NCBI GenBank assembly: GCA_025201805.1
Contig: MU619407.1
Span: 1-53,122, forward strand
DNA: 53,122 bases
Origin: Parasitella parasitica NRRL 2501
Taxonomy: Eukaryota > Fungi > Mucoromycota
Direction: 5' to 3'
This document shows, piece after piece, positions 1 through 12,853 of the stretch. Numbering within the stretch: position 1 is the stretch's first letter; every line of letters starts with the position of its first letter. The notes beneath the pieces are model-generated. The model was not told the DNA's origin and did no database searches. It saw nothing but the letters and a program-made list of their open reading frames with translations. A program made the translations under genes and the position numbers.

Positions 1-185
1 TCCTTTCTTTTCTTATAAATTTTATTTCATTTTATTTTATCCTTTATCCACTTTATACTATATTCTTCATATCTTATCCTTCATATCTTATATAACTGAT
101 GATTGCGCCCGCCGCTTGATTACACTCAAAACTCTGTAATTTACGCGGAGCAAGTAATAAAAATCTTTAAAAAAAAAAAAAAAAA
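1..185 (+). mobile_element. Probable 3' end of a non-LTR retroelement (LINE/SINE-like): pyrimidine-rich tail, stem-loop, AATAAA, poly(A)
   Basis: T/C-rich 1-95, imperfect hairpin 103-154, AATAAA 156-161, A17 at 169-185; no coding part inside window. Confidence 0.4.
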
Positions 186-530
186 TGGAACATTCACTGA
201 AATAGTCTGAATTTTCTTCAGTAAACATCTGAAATTAAATAGAAAACGTCCCAAAACCAAGTAATTTGCCATTGGATACCAAATCGATATGTTAAGTCTA
301 ATGGCAACAGGTCTGTATTTTATACACAACAATATTGTTCAGTGCCTGCCTAACAACTAAAGGTCATTCAATGGAATTAAAAGAAAAACACCGTTACAAT
401 ATCAGTTTCTTTGGGAATTTAGTTTGCTATCCACAAACAAACAAGAAAATCATATCATCACTAACCTTCACCAATCTTATTTAATTCAATTATTATTACT
501 TAAATTGAAGATATGGTCACGCATTCACCG

Positions 531-551
531 GTGTGTGTGTGTGTGTGTGTG
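531..551. repeat. (GT)10 microsatellite
   Basis: Direct reading. Confidence 0.95.
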
Positions 552-651
552 GGATGCTCGTTATTGTTACACATAGACATCAAATGAATATTTAATGGCA
601 AATCAAGACAAGGAGACAATTTATTTAATTTTATATCTATAACTTTAAATA

Positions 652-3624
652 ATGGAAACTACAAATGCTCCCCCACAGGCAGGTGTTTTCTCGGGACTCA
701 ATCCAACCGATGTAAATCTGGCAAATCCCATCACACTTTTTATAATACAGGCAAGTGCTAAAGCGATATACGTCTGGCATGTATAATACAAACACAGGAA
801 AGCTTATTTTTTTTTTATTGCGTAATGTGAATAGGCTGTCATCATTCTTGTGTTTTGCAGAATATTGGCGGTTCCATTAGTGTATTTGAAGCAGCCTAGA
901 GTTATTTCAGAAGTCCTTGCAGGCATAATCTTGGGCCCGTCTGTAATGGGCCGTATTCCACATTTTAAAGACACCATCTTTCCAAGTCAATCACTGCCGT
1001 TTCTTAATCTGATCTCAACATTGGGCCTGGTGTTTTTCTTGTTTCAAGTTGGTCTGGAAGTGGATCTACGCATAGTCAAGCGAGACTGGAAACAAAGCGT
1101 GTCTATCGCATTTGCTGGTATGGCATTACCCTTTGGATTAGGCGCTGCTGTCAGCGTGGGTCTGTACAAGTTGCAAAACGACAACGATATTCCGTTTTCA
1201 AGCTTTTTGTTGTTTTTGGGTGTGGCCATGGCTATCACCGTAAGTGTATCTAAGCACCGAATAGATACGAATACTCAGTAATGTACATAGGCGTTCCCTG
1301 TATTGGCTCGTATATTAGCAGAACTCAAGTTGCTCCGTACACGAGTCGGTGTGATTACCATGTCGGCTGGTCTACTGAATGACTGTGTAGCTTGGTGAGT
1401 TTTTGGAGCTTGGCATAAACATATTCAATCAGCAGTTAATCACATCATTAGGGTGCTGCTTGCTCTTGTCGTTGCACTTTTGAATTCTTCGGGCGGGTTA
1501 GAAGCACTCTATGTCTTTTTGACTACAGTTGCTTTTGCATTGTTTCTCATCATCTTTATTGCACCTTTGTATCGTCGATTGGCCATCAAAACTGGATCGT
1601 TTGAAAGAGGCCCATCTCCATTTTTGATGGCTATCACCCTGTTGTTAGTGTTAGTCTCTGCATTTGTAACTGACATTATTGGTAGGTTTAGCATATATAT
1701 GTTTGGGAATCTGTAGTTTGATGACAATTCTTGCTGATTTAGGTGTACATCCCATTTTTGGGGGGTTCCTCGCCGGCGTCATTGTGCCGCATGATCATGA
1801 TCTTGCCATCAAGATTACCGAGAAAATTGAAGATATAGTAAACATTATATTTTTGCCGCTGGTAAGTTCGTGTACTATGTTGATTGTACGCAAATATTCA
1901 TACGTGTGCCATCAGTACTTTACGCTATCTGGACTCAAGACGCAGATTGGTTTGCTAAACACAGGAACAGTATGGGGCTATGTCATTCTGGTCATTTTCT
2001 TAGCGTGCTTTGGTAAGATTGCTGGATGTGCAATAGCGGCAAGATTAACAGGCTTGACTACGCGCGAATCCTGGACAATAGGCTTTTTAATGAGCTGTAA
2101 AGGGTAATCAAATATAAGGTTGCATTTGTAACTTTATTCTGATCTAATGACCTCCACGTTACACAGTTTGGTAGAGTTGATCGTTCTGAATATTGGCCAC
2201 GACGCTGGCGTCTTGAATGACCAAAGTAAGTTGCATGCTATGGTGCAATATTGTCTCGTTATGATACCTAATATTTACGTTGGCGTATATATATAGTTTT
2301 TGTTATTATGGTAGTCATGGCACTGATCACTACTTTCATGACTACACCAATCGTAATGTGGCTCTATCCCGAGTGGTATCAGAAACAGACAGCAGAAAGA
2401 TTTGCAAATGGCGCCGAGCATGACACAGAAGTCATTGGCTTAGATCAAAAGGACCCCAGTGTGCTGGTTGCTTCACGACTAGGTTCAGATCAGTATTTTT
2501 CGCTGGTTACAATGCTCAACCGCATCAACACTGTCCCTTCGGTGATGGCCTTGATTCGTCTGTTGAAGCAAGATCCACTTAGCGCCACAGAAAACTATAA
2601 CAAAAGCCGTATTGACATTCACGCTCTTCGATTACTTGAATTGACACAACGTGCATCAGATATTATGAAAATCCAGGATATCCATGAAACACAAAAGCAG
2701 GATCCCGTGCTGAATGTTTTGAGAACCTTTGCCAGTCTGGTCGGCATCGAATCAATACAAACACGACTGGATTTCTGCACGCCGTCCGAGTATATCAACG
2801 CTGTAGCAGATTACAGTGAATCCGTGTCAGCTGACATGATTTTACTCCCTTGGGTGAGCAACAGCAACCATGCCCACTCCCAGCAACTACAGCAGCACCA
2901 AGAAGTCAATCCTTTTGATGTCGTTGACTGGAAACCCTACCAAATTTCTGATGTTGATTTCGCCTCCAGTGCGTATTCGATTACGCATTCAACTGTTGGC
3001 CTGTTCATAGATCGTGGATTTGGACACATTCAAGACGGAAACCCAGAGCTGCACAAAGATTTTCAGATCATTGTACCCTTTACCCATGGTGGCGCTGATG
3101 ACCGTGCTGCTTTAATCTTTGCACTTCGCCTTCATAGCAGAGCAAAGATCCTCGTTTTAAAGTTGACCAGCGACGAGCCATCCACAACATATGCTACCCA
3201 AGATTCCATCAGAAGCACATTGAATACAGCAAACGCGCAGAACATTTCCGATGACGCTTTGCTTGAAGGCTTATTCACATCATCCTCTGTCGTGTCTAGT
3301 GTTATGCTTTGGTCTGTGAGATACCCACCTGGCAGCAATATGTCTGAATATGCTACTCTTTTGGATACCCTTGAGACTCCCCTCGATAAGCATGATTTAG
3401 TAGTGCTAGGAAGATCCATTTCTGCCAGCAATGCTTCTAATTTACCGACTGCATCGCCTACTCCATTGGAAGGTAACTTGTCTACCTCTCCCTACAGCCG
3501 AGGCTTCAAATCTGCACTTGGAAACACTGCCTTCCAAATTTTGTCTGCAGGGACTTTGGCCAGTCTTGTCGTGGTCCAGGCACCAACTACGAGCGAACAT
3601 TTACACCGTCATGCTGACGTTTAA
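652..3624 (+). CDS. KHA1: K+/H+ antiporter (CPA2, Na_H_Exchanger family), multi-exon
   Basis: ATG 652 [27 protein letters not shown]; motifs [64 protein letters not shown]; long cytosolic C-terminus to TAA 3624. Confidence 0.92.
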
Positions 3625-3852
3625 GCTAACTGATATATGCTTGAAGTTTATTTTATACGTCTTAATTATCTACATAAAAACAAAACAAAAACAAAAAGTG
3701 TATAATGTATTTATAATGAGGGAAGAGAGAGAGAGAAATTGCTCAAGTGTTTATTCAAGCAAATTATGATTACGGTATGGAAAAAGAACAGTGTTATAAA
3801 CAATAAATCGATAGGAGCATATGAGTACATGAGGAGAAAAGAGAAAAAAAAT

Positions 3853-5319
3853 CTAGAGGGTAAGCAAGGAGATATCATCGTAGAAGTACGGATTTTCTTC
3901 AGCTCTAACAGCAGATATACGACGCACAGGATCGTACTCGAGCATCGCTTTCAATAATTTATATGCCGAGTCTGGTAAAACCACAGCATTCTTTTGCTTT
4001 TCAAAAGAAGCCCGTAAATCCTTTGCTTTCCATGCTATAAAAGTCGCGTTAGTATCCCATTACATCTGGTGGCTGCAATAGTGCTTACGGGGAAAATGAG
4101 CGCTGTAGTCGGGCAAAGTCGTTATGCCTGGCCAAACATCTTCGTTGGGCGTCCCTAATTCTCGAAATATGCGAAATAATTGATCAATTTGGGCACTCCC
4201 AGGAAATAAGGGCCTTAATGTGATCATTTCTGCCATAATGCAGCCCACACTCCACATGTCTACAGCTGTTGAGTAGTGAGGACTGCCCAGTAGAATCTCA
4301 GGTGCTCTATACCACAATGTAATCACCTAAAGTCTCAACAGATTAGAAACCGAATTCCTTCCAAGTTCTCTGATTTGGCCATACCTGGTGCGTATATGTG
4401 CGCATGGGCACACCGAAAGCACGAGATAATCCAAGATCAGCAATAGTCAATCGCCCGTGTCGATCAATCAACAGATTCTGTGGCTTCAAATCTCTATGCA
4501 ATATACGGTGTGAGTGGCAGTAATGCAAACCTCTTAGCAGTTGGTGCATAAAGCTTTTGATGTGGTTTGCTGTCAAGCCTGGCCTTTTCATCGTGTCCAT
4601 ATACTTTCGCAGATCCACTTCAGAGAAATCAAAAACCAGGTAAATGGTGGCGTCTCGTTGAATCATGTCGAGTAGTCTGTCAACTTAATACACCTGTATG
4701 GCACCTCTGAAATTTGCACTTACTTGATAATATTCTCATGATCCATCTCCTTCAAAATTGCAACTTCTCTGATGGTGGTGGTTGGCACGCCTTCCTGCAA
4801 ATTTAGGCGAATCTTCTTTAGCGCAACCAGCTTGTTGGATGACTTTTGGCGAGCCTTGAAGACCACACCGTATGTGCCTTCTCCAATCTTGCTCAGTTTT
4901 TGATACCCTGTCAGGTCGTATGGATTGGCCAATTCATCATATTCTTCTTCCTTTTTCTCAATCAGCTCCTGCTCAACTACGTTTGCGTCCTTTTCAAGGG
5001 GTTTCTTTTCATCGTCTTTGGCTGCCTGTGGGTCTTCAGGCGCTTCTTCCTTGGTAAGTAGAGAGGGCTGGTCTTTGTCTAACTGCTTTGTAACGGCTTT
5101 GTTTGCTTCAATTGTGGTTTTTTCGTCTTGCGGATCTACAGGCTCCTTTTTTCTAGTTTCATTTGTATCCTGAAATACGTCTGTTGTCGATAGCAAATTA
5201 CTGGTGTAGTGAGTGGTGGTGGAGGGGAGGGGAGGAGGATCTGGACGAACGTCTGGAGCTACAGTAAGTTTAGTTGTTCTGTTGTGCCTGGGAATTGGAG
5301 GTGGGACGTTCTCGGACAT
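3853..5319 (-). CDS. Cyclin-dependent kinase, CDK1/2-like but atypical (PTTTIRE, DLG), with ~135-aa N-terminal extension; 4 exons
   Basis: [77 protein letters not shown]; last exon ends ..DDISLLTL* at 3853. Confidence 0.9.
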
Positions 5320-5678
5320 GTTATCGTTATAGAAATATATACGTGTCAGAAAGTTATGTGTCGTTGCCAGAGTTAACTCATCAACTAGATAACAATGAAA
5401 ATAAACAATGCCTTGAATTTTTCGACCTTTAATTAAGACGAGGACACGTTTAAATTTTTTTGAACCCACCAACCTAGTAATATACACGCGTTTGGGTTTG
5501 TGCTACTAGCTGTTTTGCGATTCTTAACCAAACTAGACAGAGCAATTTAAAGAGTGTTTGTTGCTGTTGCAAAAATGCAGCGTTTTTCTTTATTGAATAA
5601 ATATTTTGTACAAAAAAAATGTCTTTTAGGGTAGTTATGATATTGATATTATGACATTAGAGGAATAATTTATAAAAT

Positions 5679-7759
5679 TTACTTGGGGCCATGGACGAGA
5701 ACAATCAGCTTGGAAACGACTGAGGGGTCTGCAAGAGTAGAGATGTCACCGAGAGAATCCTGCTCTCCGTTCACAATCTTGCGAAGAATACGACGCATAA
5801 TTTTACCAGAGCGAGTCTTGGGGTGGTCGTTCACAATGTAGATGCGCTTGGGTGTAGCAAAAGGGCCGATAATCTTGCGAACCAACAAACTCAACTCCTT
5901 GTCTAAACCTTCAGACGCATCCACGTTGGGGCGGACAGAGACAAAAGCATGAATACACTGGCCGGTCAGATCATCATGGCCACCAATAACAGCTGCTTCG
6001 GCAACAGCTTCATGGTGAACGAGCGCAGACTCGATTTCGGCAGTTGAAAGTCTGTGCCCAGAAACATTGATAACATCGTCGACACGACCTTGGACCCAAA
6101 TGTAGCCGTCTTCATCACGGTAGGCACCGTCGCCAGTAAAGTAGTAGCCAGGATAAGGCTTGAGATAGGTTTCGACAAAACGGGAATGATTGTTAAAGAC
6201 GGTGCGAGCCATTGAGGGCCAAGGCTGGCTGATAGCAAGGACACCAGTCTCGTGGTTTTCAGTAATGATCTTACCGGTGGTGGGGTCAAGAATTTCAGGC
6301 TTGATACCAAAGAAGGGGAGCGTAGCGGATCCAGGCTTGGTATGGTGGGATCCAGGAAGAGGAGAGATGATAATGGAGCCAGTCTCAGTCTGCCAGTAAG
6401 TATCGACCACAGCACATTGGCCTCTGCCGACCTTTTCATTATACCAATCCCAAGCCTCAGGGTTAATAGGCTCGCCAACAGATCCAATAACACGAAGACT
6501 AGACAAGTCGTGCTTTTCAACCCACTGGTCACCGAGACGACGGAGAGCGCGAATAGCGGTAGGGGCAGTGTAGAACTGAGTAATCTTGTGCTTCTCGATC
6601 AATTCCCAGAATCTACTAGGGTTAGGATAGGTAGGAGTAGATTCAAACAAGACGGTGGTACCACCCAAAGCAAGAGGACCGTAGACAATGTAAGTGTGGC
6701 CAGTAACCTACTAATGCATAAGTATATGCGCCTCCTTATTTTCCCAAAAAAAAACACTTACCCAGCCGATATCAGCCATACAGGCATGGATATCGCCCTC
6801 ATGATAGTCAAAGATATACTTGACAGTGGCAGCAGCACCTAAAATGTAGCCACCGGTAGTGTGCAAAATACCCTTGGGGGTGCCGGTAGAACCAGAAGTA
6901 TACAACAGGAACAGAGGATCTTCAGCATTCATGGGCTCAGGAGGACAGAAGGATCTAGCCTTAGCCATCTCTTCATGCCACCAAAGATCACGGTGTTCAA
7001 CCCAGTCGATGCGAGCACCAGTGCGACGGAAAACAATGACATTTTCAACTTGGGTTTGGTTGGTGCGAAGAGCATCATCGACGATACGCTTGGTGGCAAC
7101 AGACTTACCGCCACGACGGCCTTCGTCAGATGTGATAACAACACGAGCAGAGCAATCAATGACGCGATCACGAAGAGATTCGGCAGAGAAGCCAGCAAAT
7201 ACAACAGAGTGAACAGCACCGATACGGGCACAGGCAAGCATGGCAACAATGGCTTCGGGGATCATTGGCATGTAGATGGCAACTGCATCGCCCTTGCGCA
7301 CACCCAAATTCTTCAAAGTATTGGCCATTTGGCAGACTTGACGCAACAACTCACCGTAGGTAATTTTACGGACTTGGTTGGGCTCGTCGCCTTCGTGGAT
7401 GACTGCGACCTTGTTGGGGTTAGCGAGAGCATGTCTGTCGATACAGTTGTAGGACACATTGAGTTCGCCCTCCAAGAACCAAGCGACATCGCCCTGCTCA
7501 AAGGAGCCGTGGCGAACGGTTTCAAAAGGCTTTGACCAGGTCAACAATTCACGAGCAAGCTACACGTTGTTTTTAGTCACTGCATTCATTAGCAAGGGAT
7601 GCGCAAACTTACATTTCCAAAAAACTGATCTGGCTTTTCAACACTCTCAGTCCACAGAGCCTTGTACTTCTCCATGGAATCGACATAGGGGACAGGGTTC
7701 TTGGAGGCATCCAAGAGACGCTCAGGCACAGGATGAACTTTAACTTGATCTGTAGTCAT
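5679..7759 (-). CDS. ACS1: Acetyl-CoA synthetase (AMP-forming), 3 exons
   Basis: [14 protein letters not shown]-binding motif, [48 protein letters not shown]; ATG 7759 [12 protein letters not shown]. Confidence 0.96.
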
Positions 7760-8697
7760 GTTTGAGAGAAAGATAGAAAAATGGAGAAAAGAGGTATATT
7801 TGGAATCGACAAAAGAATACAGATTCGCTTCCTTTTTATATCTTTTGGGCCAACTTTTTTGTTGGGGGGAGAACCAACCATTCACTTCTTTTTCTCGCTA
7901 TCAAATAATAAAAGAGGGGGGCGTGTATTCCCTGATAGCGCAAACCTTATTATACTGAGACACAAAATGGGAGGAACCCCAGGTTTTTTTGTGCACCATA
8001 TCATGGTGGATAATCAATGTGAACTTTCATTAAATGTTTCTGAGTACAGATTCAGTTTGTTGGTTTTCTGATACTATCTCTAGTGCGTGTTTTGTATTTC
8101 GCCTTGTGCAGTGAACAAAAGATATGTCGTCAAATGACTGTTGTTATTGCCTACTTTAGGCTACTACTTGGGTCAATTTCCTTAAACTGCAAATTATCCG
8201 CGGTGAACATCTCACTCGCGGAAGGACCCTTTACACCATCTTGACACTATATCTTGTTCGACATTTTGACAGTTTTCAGGAACTTGATGCCTTTGTGCTT
8301 GCAGTTTATGAGTTTATCTGAGCAAATGTATAGTAAATGTCGCCAAAAATACTCTACAGAAAATTAAAACCATATTTTACAAGCATAACTTTTATGCACC
8401 TGCTTGGTTTCTTTAAATCCAATCCAGTCAGTTGAATTTGAAAAGTCGAGATTGATAATTCGTAAATCTTACTGTGTAAAAAAAATATAGCGTATCAATC
8501 ATAGTAAATTTGTGTTAAGGAGTATTAAGAACTCCAACCATATTCAGCTAATGTTGAAGGGAGATATAATAGCACACGGAATATGTTTCAAGTCTATGAG
8601 GAACTATTGTAAAAGGTTGAATAGCAGCAGTAATCAATTTATTTTATTGCAACTGCTCTCGAGAATTTTATCAAATGCCTTGATTTTACTTAAAATA

Positions 8698-9817
8698 CTA
8701 TGGCTCTATTAATAAAGGGCATCCCTGCTCATTTTGACGACTTGATCCTTCGATTTTAAAATTGATATCTCGTTTACATATGGGACACTAAGTTAAGAAG
8801 CAAACAAACAAAGTTAGTATCTGGATATATATACAAACAAACACAGGGAAAAATACTTGCAAATTTCTTCTGTGTCGTTAGCCAAGCATCTACGCAAAAG
8901 GTATGGAAATCATGTTTGCAGGGTAGCACTCGTAATTCCTCTCCATTGACATAATCTTCTAGGCAAATGGCACACTCTTCGGCTTCGTTTTCTTTAACTT
9001 TTTCAGTGAGAAATTGCTTTACCACTAGGCGAGATACAGCATCGATGGAAGCTACTTCCTGTTGCTTTCGTTGTCTTTGTCGAACTTGCCATGAAATGTA
9101 TATAAATATCATCATTATGCTCGGGGAGACGAATATAATCATTAGAATATCAAGTAGTGGCCTATTCAATTTTTCCTGTTTGTTAGTTTATAATGAACGG
9201 CATTTCTGTGTGCAAAATGTCAATATATACCATGTTATAAAACTATCGAGTCGCAATAGTATCATCATGGGTGTGTCTACAATCTTTGATAAATACAAAA
9301 GGACACTATATTCATTCTTGGCCAAGAAGATGCTTGGGATAACGATATCTGATGTATCACCTATAGGCTGAAACAGTTATTACATGGTCATTGAATAAAT
9401 GAAATGTACTTGCCCGGTGCATACATGGTAATCCATCCTGACTGATGTTCTGGGTCGCCTATAGCTACGGCAATGGCACCAGAATTTTGCATATTTCTAA
9501 CTTTTGTTATAAATGAGCATCCGCCTCGCCTCACCAAAGCTACCCAATCCATGCACGGTGCATCTACTTTTTTACAACCTGTTGGATCAGCTAATGGCTC
9601 AACGAGATAACCTACTTTTCCATTCTCAGATAGTCGGGGACCAAATGAAGCAATACGGTCTGCATAGGTTTCGTTTGTAGCCTACAGAGAACGCAGTGCC
9701 TTAGTTTATACAATGATCGGGGATTATACAACAATGAAAACTGACAATCACCAGCAACGTAGCATGGGCTTTCGTTATAACCAGACTTCCAAGCAGTGCA
9801 GGAAAAAGCCACTTCAT
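8698..9817 (-). CDS. PA-domain / transmembrane / RING-H2 E3 ubiquitin ligase (RNF13/GRAIL/RMR-like)
   Basis: Signal peptide [19 protein letters not shown]; PA motif [31 protein letters not shown]; TM helix; RING-H2 [27 protein letters not shown]|CPICK after splicing. Confidence 0.88.
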
Positions 9818-9837
9818 TGCGTATGTATATATTTTTT

Positions 9838-9856
9838 AAAAAAAAAAAAAAAACTA

Positions 9857-9882
<26 letters not shown>
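9838..9882. repeat. Interrupted poly(A)/poly(T) tract in divergent promoter
   Basis: Direct reading; lies between ATGs at 9817(-) and 10116(+). Confidence 0.85.
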
Positions 9883-9890
<8 letters not shown>

Positions 9891-10115
9891 GAAAATCCAT
9901 CATGTTATTTAAGCTCGGAATAAACGCTTCTTCAGTGTGGGTATTCCAGCATAATATGGCTGCACAACTCACGCTGAGCAGAAAATTAAATCCCTTTCGA
10001 AATCAACTGCTTTTATTTTTCCTCTTTCCACTTTTTTTTTATTTTTTATATTCTTGATTGTTTCGCCAAAAGTTTGTTTGCCATCCAAACAAATAAATTC
10101 TACAATTCAGTAACC

Positions 10116-12027
10116 ATGGAAGCAAGATACAAAGACAAAAATGCACCTCAAGTCATTACAACAACAACCATCGTCAAGGATTACGACCCTCACACTGGAA
10201 ATAAAATGCTAAACAACTACATGATATTAAAAGAAATAGGAAGAGGAGTGCATGGGAAAGTCAAGCTGGCTCAGCACATGGGAACAGGTGAATTAGCGGT
10301 AAATAGCTTACATACAATGCCATGCTTTGGGTATACTCAATGTGTAATGATTATATAGGCCATCAAAATCGTAGATAAAAAGAATAGAAGGAGACAAATG
10401 GGGTACAGCTTACTAAGAGAAAGTCAAAACCAAGGCACAGAACCAGCATCAAAAGAAAACGAGCAAAAGATTAGAAGGGAAATTGCAATATTAGAGAAAT
10501 GTTGCCATCCGAACGTCGTGCGGTTACGTGAAGTCATTGATGTTGCAGAGAGTAGAAAGATTTACATGGCATTAGAATACACAGAAAGCGGGGAAATCGA
10601 ATGGCGAGATAGCCAAGATCAGCCAGTCATGTCTGTGGAGGAAGCAAGGCGAATATTCAGGAACATTGTGAATGGATTGGATTATCGTAAGGCGTACTGG
10701 GACAATCAATGCAAATGCATGATATATTAATGTATCAATAGTTCATTTTCAGGGCATCATTCACAGAGACATTAAACCAGCCAATTTGCTATTGTCGCAT
10801 GATGGCGTAGCTAAAATATCAGACTTTGGTGTATCCTATTATAATCCGTACCTTGCATCGACGTTTTCCGACATGGCATTACATCCATCTGAGGAAGAGC
10901 TGAATAGAATCGACAGAGAATTAGCAGAAACTGCAGGAACCCCAGCTTTTTTTGCTCCTGAGTTATGCTGTGCTGGTGATCAATCAAAAGCTGCGAAAAA
11001 ACCTCGTATATCAAAAGCGATTGATGTGTGGGCGTTGGGAGTGACGCTCTATTGCTTTATCTTTGGTCAATGTCCATTCATTGCCGCCACGGAATTTGAG
11101 CTATTTGATACAATACCTTCTCAGCCATTGATATTCCCCACTCGAGATCAAGTAGGCTTCGAAATTGATGGCGATTTACAGGATTTACTAAAGAAATTGC
11201 TCACTAAAAACCCTGATGACCGCATCACATTGGATCAAGTCAAGCGCCATCCTTGGGTGATTGCAGATTTGAATGATTATGAAAAGTGGATAGCCACAAC
11301 AGAGCCGCACCATTACTTTGCGACCATCCACCAACAATATGCTGTCAATGATTTATATATGAATGAGAACATGACCATGATGGAGCGTCTACGTCAATCA
11401 ATCCGAAAATTGTCTTTTTCGTTTGCTGGTAGCGGTAGGAATCATAATACCAGCCGTCGTCGATTGTCTAAACAACAACAGCATCAAGAGCCACCCATTT
11501 TACGACCTGTGTCGTATCAGCCGTCTCCCTCAACTCCTCCCCCCACTTCCTCATCACCAAATCTACATAAACAACCTCCAACAAACAGTTTAGTGCATCG
11601 TTTTTCTCAGCCTTTGATGAGCAAACAACCATCTTACTCTACATCTTTATTACCGCATGCCACAAGTTCAGTAACACCTACAGTTTCATTATCTACGGGA
11701 CATACGTTAATATTTAATTCTGCTATATCAAGAAGCACAATATCTCCTCCTCCACCTACTGCTGCAACTGCTGCTGCCGTTGCTCCTCTTCCACTAAGGC
11801 CCATATCCACAGGTTATTTATCAGATGATTCCTGCTCTCTACCTGAAAACTATAATGGTTTGCTTGATGAAGATGATGGCTGTACTCATGCAAGGGCCTC
11901 TACCTCCTCTTCTAAACGACCCAATCTAAGTAGAAGAGTTTCTTCTGCATCTTCATCTTCTGGTTTAGGTTTGACTTTCGGTAGATATCGTGGGGGAATG
12001 ACACCTATGGAGATTACAAATAAATAA
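10116..12027 (+). CDS. CAMKK-family Ser/Thr kinase (Ssp1/Sak1/Tos3-like Snf1/AMPK-activating kinase), 3 exons
   Basis: EIGRGVHGKVKLA, IRREIAIL, IIHRDIKPANLLL, KISDFGVS, TAGTPAFFAPELC, IDVWALGVTLYC; S/P-rich C-terminal tail. Confidence 0.88.
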
Positions 12028-12853
12028 TGGTGTGTAGGAAAGCTCATCTTGCTAGGAAACATATAAATATATATATACCTTATTATAAACAGTAGTTTTT
12101 TCATCGAACGTAGCATGAAGATCTTTTGGTTGGCGCCATTCATGTCGTTAAACAGAGGTCTATAAATATAGCGAGATATTCTTTTTCTTATCCTCTTATT
12201 GCAATAAAGAGTATGTCCTGAACTTTGAGTTGGATATGACAATAGTACTAAAAAATTTTACTGCATGTATGTGAAGGAGCGTAAGGCACTCGGCATTGAA
12301 TCTGCATTATTTTTCAGATTTTGGGGCGAATTAAACAAGCCTGCTAATTCTTACCAAGCTTTGCATTCTTACAAACTCTTCACGGGTCATTACCATCTAC
12401 CACCTCTCCAATTCATCAAATTTGTTTGCAGATTTTATTGGAATTAAATTAGCCTATACCTTTATTTTCTCTCACTTTGTTGTCTGTTTTAAGGTTGTTT
12501 TTGGGATGAAAAAGCCAAGAATCAATATTTCTTAATGTTTAATGAGGGTTTGGGATGGTTCAAAATGCTACTTTAATTTTCTGAATTTGAAGACTTGATA
12601 TGCTTGAAACAAGACCCTTCTGATTAAACATTCTGGCAATGCTGTGTGTGCATTCTCCAGAGTGTCTTGTTTTGCAATCTTTTTCAGTTCTTTTTGAAAG
12701 CTTTTAAACAGTACTTGAATAGTTAATCCGGAAAGGAAAGTCTATAGACAAGTAATTTATATTCTTTAATGATCGTGACAAGATTGACTCATTTTTATAT
12801 ACATTTTGTGTTTTATTCATATATCTATATGTATACTGTTTAAGCTTTGCGTT

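Noticed and set aside
6190-7535. Long plus-strand ORFs antisense to ACS1 (also similar ones opposite PMT, ALG9, TPS2, VPS39)
   Set aside because: Shadow ORFs expected from codon bias of the real minus/plus-strand gene; no motifs
9713-10057. Poly-Lys ORF (and poly-Phe ORF 36568-36780)
   Set aside because: Artefacts of poly(A)/poly(T) tracts
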